DNA from: Mytilus edulis
Taxonomy: Eukaryota
Assembly: GCF_963676685.1 (NCBI RefSeq)
Contig: NC_092352.1
Location: 28,396,001-28,460,000, forward strand
Direction of reading: 5' to 3'
DNA: 64,000 nt
The notes beneath the pieces were generated by a model, which worked only from the letters and a program-made list of their open reading frames with translations, had not been told where the DNA came from and did no database searches. The position numbers were made by a program, and so were the translations under genes. Position 1 is the stretch's first letter. Each line of letters begins with the position of its first letter. Below are positions 12,501 to 24,500 of this stretch, in pieces.

Positions 12501-15500
12501 TTCTATAACTAATCTCTACCTTTAACTGTTATTGTAAGCTACCCTATACCTTACCTAATGCAGAAAATTCTCTAAGAAATTTTTTCAATTCTATAGCATA
12601 TATATGTCCATCTTCAGTGGCATACTTTATAAACAATTCCTTCACTGGATCTAAAGGTTTTGTTGTCCTTTGCTACAGAAAAAAAAGAAGATATCATACA
12701 AACACTTATTTTATCATATTAACTACATACCTGTCTTAAACTTATTCCTTCGGATTTTGTTCACATTATACAGGTGTTAAGTGTACAAAGGTTAAGATAC
12801 TAACAAATATTCAGTCATTTCCAATGCAAGTGTTGAGTTTACACATTTTCTGCTATAAATATATGCAAGGTTTCAATATAGATAGATTTTTTTTTGACAC
12901 AATTTAAATTTGAGTTATTTCCCTTTGTAGCCACTTTGAGGGTTGAATACTTAATTTGCTTTTTTTTCTTACCAAAATGAAATGTAAGGTACAAACTCTC
13001 ATAAGAGAGTACTTATCCTTACTAGATAGTAGTGATGACACAAGCAAGGCTAAAAGAAATCAAAATTGTTCTAAAAACATTTATTTTGAATTTCTACAGT
13101 CAGTATAACATGTTTAATTAGACTGATTTATAATGGAAGACCTCAAACATTGTAAGTAAGGGAAGTAACATTGACACAAATTATGGCCTTCTTTTACTTT
13201 AAGGGTCCCTATACTTTAGGGGTAGCATTCATTTATGGTAATGGTTAGGTTAGGGGATTTTTTTAGGGTTATGTTTTTATGGTTAGGGCTAGTGTTATGG
13301 TTAGGTATGGGTTAGGGTGAGATTTTAGGTTTAGGATAGTTTAGAAATGCCCTATAAGGGTTGGGACCGCTAAAGTAAAAGGTGGCACAAATTTTGTTAA
13401 TTCACACATTTCTCTATTCAACTGCCAGATAGCTAATGACTAGGACAAGCATCCTGTATCCTTTTTTCTCTTAACTTTCTGAGTATAATTCATTATGTGA
13501 AGAGAACATGTTTTTGTCTGTTAATTAGGTAAACCAGTTTTTACATAATATCTATGAATTACAATTACTTACAAGTTCATTCTTATCAACTTCTTCCAGT
13601 AATCTGAAATATTCTTAAATTTAATATCATTAAACAAAACATCATATGATGCAAAATCAAAATGCAGCATTTAACAAATATTTCAATTTGTATTTGTAGC
13701 AACTTCCTCATACAAATTTGAAGAATGTATGATAAAAAATAATTGAAGGCACTATCCTGATGAAAACTGAAATGATGGACAGAATGACAGAAGGACCAAA
13801 TCATTATATCCTCCCCAACTTCGTTGATTGGTATATAATCACAAATTATTCATTGTATATGAGATGATGTGATATAACTTTTAAAAAGACAGACACAAAA
13901 TATTTGTCTTTTACTATTTGTATGTATAATGTTTGGTTTTAAAAGTTTAAATTCCAGAGATGTGTGGTACTTGATGCCAATAAGATGGCAAACCAACATA
14001 CAAAGACAGATTTCAGATCACTTCGTCTAGCTCTATAATGCCTTGAGTAAAAAAAACCAATGTTATCAACAGTTAATGTAAAAAAAATCAAATCAAAATG
14101 GATTCCTGGAATATAGCCCATCCCTAGATTTTCGATGCAGTTCAACTTTTTCCATGAAAAAATGATGGAAAATGATAGAAATTTCGTTTTTTCCATGGAT
14201 TTCCAGGGAAAATATTCCATCACAGATGGAAAACTTTTAAGTGTTACTTATTCCATCATTTTTCATGATAAGATGGAAAAATTTCCATGGAATTCCATGG
14301 AAATAATACAAATTACATACATTAATTCTTTATCATCAATTGAACATGTGAGCCAGTGAAAGAAATGCAAAGTGCCATCTGGTTTCTCTTTGGGGTTTGT
14401 GTAGAAGACAGGAAGTGATATGACCATACAGTGTGAGGCCAAATGTAGGGTAGCACATGGATTTATACATTTTTGTGCAATCATTATTACTTCAAACATA
14501 AAAATGGTAAATAAATAATAAATGGATAATCTTTTATTAAAATATATATAAAATATTCAAGATATAGGTAAGTATTCAATTGGGCCTCTTTAGAAGAAAT
14601 CAGATAACTCCTCATACAACCCCCAACACATTGATAATTTGAACTTGCAATGGATATGCAGGCAACAAACAAAGATGTCTTCTCTTCTGAAAAAAATGCA
14701 AAATTTATATTGGACGTAGATTAAATAGTTTCAAATAGTTCTTGACATTGAATAGTGCAGATTTATTCTCTGATGACTTGCATTGACTGTTGGATCTAGG
14801 AGCATATTTTTTGGTAAGTAAACTGAATTAGATTCTTTCATTTTGAGTGTGTGCAAGCTCCTTTAGTTCAATATAATAACATAATGAAAACATATATAGT
14901 AGATTTTTCACTTATAATTATAATGATTGGGTATAAAGACAAGACAAACTGTATATAGTGTATTATAATAACTAATAATCCACTAATGAATTAATTTGGT
15001 TATAAATTTAAGATCTGTTGAAATTGGTTGCCAATGAGAAATAGATCCATAAAAGTAAAAAAAAAGTGTATCTTTACAGCAAACTGCAGATCAAAACAAT
15101 TATTTAGGACAAAGACTTAAGTTGTTAACCATTATTGTGTTAAAGACATTATTTAAAGAATATAACTTTATTTAACAGTAAAAATATTTTTAGGTATCAT
15201 GAGGAAGAAATGAAACTCCAAATAAAATGGTTAATGTTGTTCTACAAGATGGATCTACTGAAGCCTTGTGTTGACAAAAGTGACATTTATAACCTTAATT
15301 TCTTGATATAAAAGCAGTGCAAACATATACCAATTTTGAAAGTTTTTGTTGTTTATTGTATTTATTAGAATACATCAAATGAATTTGAATTAAAGGTTAA
15401 AATGATGGTTGAGTCTATTGTTTATTACTGACCAGTGCAAGACTCAATGAATTTGAATTAATGGTTAAAATGATGTTTGAGTCTATTGTTTATTACTGAC

Positions 15501-18500
15501 CAGTGCAAGACTCAAAAGACCTTACAAACTCAAAAAAGCATGGCACCTATTTTTTTTCCATTCATTATTACAGATACGGTTAAACAGGGTATATTGTCAA
15601 AAGGTTAATTTGAGCAATCCATTTTAAATGGAAATGATGGAACTATTTCCATGGAATTCCATGGAAAATGTTTCAGATGGAAATATTATTATTTGCCTTT
15701 TTTCTCTTTTTATTTTCCATGGATTTCCATGACAAACAGGTTCCAATACTCCATGGAATTCCATGAAAAAATATTCCATGGCATTCCATGATAGATGATG
15801 GAAAATCTAGGGATGAATATATAGTTATCAAAAGTACCAGGATTATAATTTTATACGTCAGACGCGCGTTTCGTCTACATCAGACTCATCAGTGACGCTC
15901 AGATCAAAATAGTTAAAAAAACAAATAAATACAAAGTTGAAGAGCATTGAGGATAAAAAATTCCTAAAAGTTGTTCAATTTCAGCATTGTTTTTTTTTCT
16001 TTTCTTTCATAACCAACATCATTTTTCTGTTGTTTTTTTTTTTTAATTTGACTTAAATATTGAATTCCATTCAAAGCAAACCAATCAGACAAACACATAA
16101 TACTGAGTAATAATTCCTCTTACCCACTTTCAGCTGGTTTCTCTGTGTACAATCTAAGCATAAATTTGGCTTCAACATGTGCCTCAAATGTACTAGGTAT
16201 TAGAGCATATACACCAGGGTCTAACTCAAATCTTCTTGTCACATGACGGTTGTTTTCATAACTCCCTGAACTTTCTTGTAGAATAAAATCATTTCTAAGA
16301 GCTGATTCTTCATCTAGTGGTCTCCTTTGTAATTCTCTCATCTGTACAAACATTAGGTTACACCATTTAAATTTATATACAACTCTGAATTCTCTGAATA
16401 AGATCTGTGGCTAGAGGTTACACTCAACATTTAGCTGCATAATAAACATTTTTTGAATTTGAAATTTTTGAATATGAAACCATCATTTGCAATCATTTGT
16501 GATCCCATAGTAATCTGTCATTTTGGATCACAAATTCCACATGATTGATCTAGAGTTTTACTAAAAAAACAATTTTGTAGAAGAAATTAGTTCATTTGTA
16601 TGAAGTAACTTAAATAAATCCTTTATAATTTCTGTCACTTTTGTTTCAGAACCATTACTCTTTTTAAGTAATTGTAGAAATTCCTTTTTAATGGGAGATA
16701 ACTAAGACGAATTAGTTGTACAAAAGCAGCCATTTTTTAATAAGTGCTGTCATCCATATTTTTTTATTATCAAAAGACCCTTTCCTACTAAAGTTCATGA
16801 AAATCACATAGTTACCTTATACACTTTAAATCCTATAAAAACAGAGGATTTATTATTCATTTCTTTCTGTGTCAAGGTTGCAATCAGGGTACATAACCCT
16901 GAATTGTCTTTTATATCCACATCTTTTAGTGTAATAAAAAACTGAAGATTTTTCCAGAAAAGATCTAAAAAGAAGAAAGTCAAAGGTAAAATGTCTAAAT
17001 GATTTCCAGCTACTTTTTCTTTAATCATCGAACACTGATTTGGTCGCATTCAAAATATATAGCACCATTATTGTGAAGAACTGAAAAAAAAATTAACTTG
17101 CCCTGTCCTTTTTCACACCCTTTACACTTACCCGACAATTAGGAGAATTGAAGAGAGACTGACAATTTAAACATATTTTATTTAAATTTGAAATTCACAA
17201 TTCTTCTTATAAAATCATTCAAGTAATTCCTTCCTTTATATCAGTTATTCAAACACATCTATGACATTTTCTTTTTTAGTAAGCTCAATTATTCTGTTCA
17301 GTTCTCACCAAAAGATGTGATCAGCTGTGCTAGCATAGCTGTAACTATCTACAACAGTTACTGATACTGTAGTGAATTAATTCCTCCTGCCTGCCTAAGT
17401 TGGGCTGTTAAATACAACCTTTAACAGTCATGTTTCTTGATTTCTAGGTTCGAAATATTTTCTATAGTATTCAATGCTCCACTTATTTCAACTAATTTCC
17501 TATATGTTTATGTGGACAATTGCCACAATTTCCAACAGCCACTTAGGAGAAGATTATTCCCCTTACTTTAATTATGAATGGCATAACTTGCAGAAATCTA
17601 TTTATTTCCTTTACCTTGGTATGGATGATTGCCACAACCTCCAGCAGTAAGTCCCCTTATCCATGCATCATGGTAGACTGTTACTTCCCAATTTTGTTTC
17701 CTCTGTAAAATAAATCCATAAATAAATATGTCTAAAAGAGGGACGAAAGATACCAAAGGGACAGTCACACTCATAAATCTAAAACAAACTGACAACGCCA
17801 TGGCTAAAAATAAAAAAGACAAACAGAAAAACAATAGTACACACGACACAACATAGAAAACTAAAGAATAAACAACACGAACCCCACCAAAAACTAGGGA
17901 TGATCTCAGGTGCTCCGGAAGGGTAAGCAGATCCTAACAATCTCAGGAAAGTCATGCACTTTTACAATTTTCGTAAGCTTGTTGCTGTTTTTTCTAAATT
18001 TACATTGAATAGCATGGTCAGAAGTGAAATTTCACTTTTAATATTCTCTACCCTTCATTGATTACTATTGGTTAAAAAAGTATCCATTGAATGAAAGTTC
18101 AAAGATTAATATGACTATATTGTATTTGCGCTTGAAGTATTTTAACATCTATTAAATAAAAAAGGATGCCACTTATCATAGGTAACACAAAGTTTTTACG
18201 TCAATATAATCTTCAGAACCTTCAGTGAGCAAACTCTTATACCCCTCAGATAAAAAAGATTTAACAGAGACATAGTGTTTCACACAAATCTCTATAATCT
18301 GACTGAAAAACAAACTGATAAGCAAACTGAACGACTGAGTCAATGACTGAATTACAGACAGACAACACTTTCTTGAATTATTTTACATTTATTTGTCACT
18401 TCGGGGTCTTTTATAGCTGACTATAAGTTATGAGTTTTACTTATTGTTGAAGGCAAACATATGAGGACTTATGGTTGTTTGAAATTTCTGTGTCATTTGG

Positions 18501-21500
18501 TCTCTTGTGGAGAGTCGTCTCATTGGCAATCATACCACATCTTCTTATTTTCACATATAAAAAATATATATATAATCCAAGTATCTTCTTAGTGACGAGA
18601 TTAATAATTACATTTTAGTAGTCAACATCTGTCCTTTTCATATAGATGTCAAAATATTTAACAAATACCTCATCATTGGCTATTTCTGATGTTAATGAAT
18701 CTGGCTGTAAATGGCACAATTGGATTTCATCAAATATTCTTAATACATCTAAAAATGATATCCTGTTGAAATAAAAAAAAACATAAGGAAGTCAATTACA
18801 CAATCCTCCAACACAAATGAACAGTTGTGCCATGAGTGCTCTACAAAATAGTAATCTGATATAAAAAAAAAATCTATGCTAGCATCTTCTGTTGTTTCAT
18901 ATTCTTTTCTTTTTTTCTAAAACTTCGAACTATTGCAAAAAATAATACATCATTTGATTGTTTAGTTGTTGTGCTCCAATATAGCATCTGCAATGAGGTA
19001 TTGTTTATTTGTTGAATATCTGATATAGATATTACATGGAAATTAAAACCTATGTCACATGACATGAACAATACGCCTGTATTGTACCATGTATCATATA
19101 CCCAGTACCGCACACCTGTTTTTATATATCACACTAAAACATATGTTAGGTTGAACTCTACATTTGCATCAATGTTGTACTAAACATTAATATTTTTAAT
19201 TCTCATATGGCTTCGGTCCTCTGACTATCAGTTATCATCAGGCATTGATGTGTACAGCATGCGGTACCGAGTCTCTTATGAACAGCGGATAATGATGAAT
19301 ATGTTTTACTTGACTGGCTAAACAGCCTTCGCACATAAAGCTAACAGCAGTAAACTTATTTTGTCTGCATGTATAATTCTATATGCATACGTGCAGTAAA
19401 AAAAAATTGAAGTGAATTTGATATAAAAGTTTTAGGTACATCAATTTTTTCAAGCAAATAAAGGCAACAGTAGTATACCGCTGTTCGAAATTCATAAATC
19501 GATTAAGAAAAAAAAAACAAATCGGGGTTATAAACATCTTTGTGAATAGATAATTACCAGAATTCTCCATCATCTCTAATGACTATTCCAAGTTTTGTCC
19601 GTGCTTCTGGCGAGATGTTCTTAATTTGTTCTGAGCTACAAAATATCAGCAGCCATTTTACCAACAACCTGCTGCCCAACACGCCAATGGGCGTAATGGG
19701 CAGTAAGTAAGTAAGTATTTTTACCAACAAATTTACATGCAAAAATGTGTTTTTAAGGTAGCACAATACAAAGATTTTGTTACTCCCAATCAGACAACTT
19801 TAAACTGATGTAATTCATTTCATCCTTCTTTATATTTTATAAATAAGGTACCAAAAGAAAGAAGAAAGATTAATCTTTCAAATTGTGATAATTTCATTAT
19901 GACATAATTATTACATAATTAATTATTATGTAATTAGTTGCTATATTGTGATGTCCACACTTGAATGAATTTAGCTTCTTTGTTCTTCATAGCATCCCAA
20001 AATATTTTATATATTCTTGTACAACACAGCTTGACCTCCAAAACTGTGTCTCAGATTTCCAAAAACATCAATAGAACAAATTGTATACCCAATTGAATTT
20101 AGTGGTCTCTTATGAATTGATGTTGCAAACTTCATTGAAGATTTATGAGAGAATGAAATACAATAGGAAAAATCTGAGACACAGTTTTGGAGGTCAAACT
20201 GTGTTGTACAAGAATATATAAAATATTTTGGGATGCTATGAATAACAAAGAAGCTAAATTCATTTAAGTATAGACATCACAATATGGCAACTAATTACAT
20301 AACAATTAATGATGTACAATGTAATACTTATGTCATAATGAAATTATCACAATTTGAAAGATTGGTCCTTCTTCTTTCTTTTGGTACCTCATTTATAAAA
20401 TTTAAAGAAAGATGAGCGGAATTATATCAGTTTAAAGATGTCTGATTGGGGATGAAAAATCTTTGTATTGTGCTACCTTAAGTCATGCATTATTCAATAA
20501 AACTAACAATTATTGTTAATATGATTTCTAGAAAAGCGTTACAGCTGTCAAGAAAAAAATGATTGATGTGTTACTTTGACATTTCTATTTTTGAAAAATC
20601 CTGTTTAGTTGTGGAACTGATCTATTTCTTTCTCTGTGTTGCTTAATGCATTTAACATATAGCTCATCTTATCAATTACATAAATACTTAACCACTAGAT
20701 AATCATTAACAACTGGTAAAAATCTCTATGCAACTTAGTCCTGGTTGTCAAGTGTTTTCATACAATACATAAAGTATTAAATGATTCGCATTCTTGAGTG
20801 CACGAGATTGTAGGTTAATGCAGTTCATAGTAAAACTAATGAATTCAGTAATTCATAACAAAAAAATAACACTGAGAATCCTATATATAGCATTTTAATC
20901 AGAGAAGTTTTACCTCCCTCTTTTTCTGTCCTATATTTTAAAGATAAAAACTAAGTAACGTACTGATCAGACCAGTCTCCCGTCCATTCTGAGTTACCCC
21001 ATGGATTTCTAAGACGTAACAACTGTATATTTTTGCCTTTGTATGGTACCTGTGGGAAAATTAAAAAATATCAAAATTAATTTCAATCTAAAAATCAAGT
21101 CCTTTTTTCTTATTACATGTATATGATTTATTCTCATCCATAAATAACAATTTCCTAATATTTTGAGCTAAATTCATTAATTAATATCAGCTATAGGTAG
21201 CCTGTTCCAAGGCAAAACATCTGAACCAATCCAACAATGAGTTATTTTCCAGTGGCAGTTTAAATTTCCATTCCTTCATCTTGGTTGGCCCTTCTTGTTA
21301 AATAATCTGAATTTGTTATCATTTTAAATATACATGAAATATTTGCCACTAGAAACGAGCAACAATCAATCAATAACATCAAAGATCTACAATGAAATAT
21401 ATAATTTTTATCCAATAATACAAAAGAAATGGTAATGTTTATAAAAGTTATGACTAAAGTGCAACAAACATTGTAATGCTTTCTAGCATATGTTAAGGAC

Positions 21501-24500
21501 AATTGGTCCAGAAATTTATAATCTAGTGTTGCAAGATTTAATATCTTTATCTTAAAATGAAATAATACATCACAAAAGATATTATACATTTTCTAGAATT
21601 AAATTTTTTCAAACTTAAATTCATTATCAATTTGTCGTTATGTTCATGTTTTATGTTAAAATAAAAAAAAGTACACATATTATTTGAACAGATATAATTA
21701 TAAAATATATCTCCATAAACAAACCGAAGTAATTCCTGTTATGCTATAGGCATGTCCCATTACCAAACCATTGGACATCTCAACTTCTGGTGTTCTTGTG
21801 TTTCCTGGCAACTACAAAACATCACAGCCATTATTTTGTATGTATTTTATACAGTTCTCTTTATGGGAACCAGTAGATTATATGTGAGTATTGAGTATGT
21901 GACTATACTCAAATAAGAGTCTGAGTTTATACATGATGGACTGTTTGAAGTAAAATCACTAAATACCTACATTCAGTCAAAATATAAATCAAGCTAACTG
22001 TTCAAATTAAACTCAGACAGTTTAAACACTAAAATCTATGTAAAAATGTTACACATCTGTTACAGAAACTTTGTAATGTTATCCATCAAGCATAAGTATA
22101 TCGGATTAATTATTGACAAATAAACAATAAAGAACATTTCTATTCAACAAAATTTGATAGTTTTTCATTTATAATCTTTAAAAGATGCAATGCATGCTAT
22201 TGGGGCTTGACAAATCATTGCTTCAATTCGTAAATCTATGTATCAAAAAATTTCTGGAGTGTCCAACGTATTTAAATTCTGCCTATAACTTACATTGATA
22301 CCAGCACCCATTAAGGAATTCATCTGATAACTTTTCCATACTAGATCATATAAATTATCTGGTATCTTCGACTTGTCTTTCAGATCTATAGTTTCTGGTA
22401 TTGAACCAGTCATATCTACGATGGCATCTTGTGTTTTACCACCATCTAATGCTTCGTAGTTACCTCGCAATCTACACAATGTAAATAATAAATAACCCCT
22501 GGTACATGTAAGAGAGCAAGAAACTCAATATAGTAACATTGTAATATAAGACGTGTAAATATATGTTTCATTACTAATGAAGAGGATCACAACCTCCATT
22601 TTAAAAACGAAACAAGCAAAGTTTTACTATAGAATATGTGTAAAAAGACTTTCTTTGAAAAGAAAATCCTTTATTAATAATTTTTTTTTATATGTACTGC
22701 TTTTGAATTTTGTTTTCTAGTACTTTATTCATCTTCATATTCTGTATGCAGTGACCTTAACCATGACACCTTTTGTTTAAAATCTGCCAATACCACAACC
22801 AAAAGTGCAAAGGGAAAATCCCAGGTTTAAAAATATCCCTTATCCGTGTTTAAGATATACGAAGATGTGGTATGAGTGCCAAGTCACAATTTGTAAAAGT
22901 ACAACCATTATAGGTTAAACTATGGTTTTAATCACAGAACCTCAATTCAACTGAACAATAAGCTATAAATTGCCCCCAAACTGACTAGTATAAAATCATT
23001 AAAACGGGAAAACCAACGGTCTAATCTAATAAGAAACCAAAAAAAGGGGGAACACGTATGAACCAAATCAACAAATTTATGACAACCACTGAACCTCAGG
23101 TTCCTGACAAACATTTTTTGGTTATTTCATCAACAAAACAACAAAAGGTATGATGAGAAATACTTTATTTTTCTAAGTACAAGTGCAGACACAGATTAGT
23201 GTGGATAATAAATGTTAGATTATTTATATAAGAATGCTTGACAGTGTTATCATCACCAACTTTATATACTGGCACCCAGATTTTGTTGAAAGTATAAAAA
23301 AATAAATGGTTGTTTCTAATATCATGTAAAAGACAACTTTAATACTACTGGATATATCACAGTACAAGGTTGGTTATTGATTGATTTATTATCGGTTGCT
23401 TAACGTCCAGTGGAATAAATTTTATAAATGTCAAAACAAGATCAAATTTTCAATACATACAATACTGAATATACAGGTCACATGCTAGGAATAATTGGGA
23501 TGAATGGAGAGAAATCAAGACTGCTACTGGAAAATGAGCATAAATTAGATAAGGCCAGAGTAGTTTTGCCTGGCAAAAAGGTCATCTGCAGACTCCTCAA
23601 AGAGTTGTTGCAAGGATTCTTTATGTGGAGAGAGCTAAACACTCTCTCACTTCAATGTGAGGTACCTGACAAAGAAACATACTTAGCATAAGCCTTCTCC
23701 AAGAGAGCTGGCCAAAATTCATCTAGATCACTATTGTTTCTTGCATATATCAGCTCCCTGCCATCTGTTGGTAGTAAATCATCAACGATGACCTCCACCC
23801 ATTTACCATACCACCAAAAGTTAAAACGAAATAAACCTGTCAAAAGAGTAATGTTATGATCTGAATTGATAATAAAATACAGGAAATTTCTAAGATGGGA
23901 AGAGAGAGGGAAAGTTACCAAAAGGACATACCAAAAATAAACAGAGAATGTCTAACAATCTTTTATTGGACTGTTATTCCTAATTGCATAAATTTGCTAA
24001 AAGTTTATATGGAAAAAAAATAAAGATTCTATCTGTTTACCATGTTTCTGCAAAAAATACAATCTTGGTTAAAATGATCTAACGACAATGATATCAGTTA
24101 TATGGTTCGATACTGACCCCTTATGGATCCAAAGAGGGTTAGTAAAATACATTAAGATACATGTTTACTCTATAGTATGAAATTAAACATATCTAGAAAA
24201 ATCCAATTGCATTAATCTGCTATCTATTTATATGTATATCAATACTTGTGTTCAGATCACTTATATGACCATCAGAGGTCTCTGGAGGTCAACTCGATAG
24301 TTAATTAGATGGCATCAAGACTAAACTACACATGAAACAAAAACTAAATATTATCGAGCCAAAGACTTGTAAATTGTTTATTTTAGATTTTTTTTTACAA
24401 TTTGGACAAATGTTTCACATGGTAATTAATCAAATATGAGAATTTGAGTCAAATCGGTGAATTTGAATTTGACAGAGTGCCCATTTAAATATAAGAGGTT

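Noticed and set aside
12725-12735. Conserved CAG|GTATGT 58 nt upstream of the exon 14 acceptor (also ~44437)
   Set aside because: No frame-conserved upstream exon in the two copies, and the implied intron is very short.
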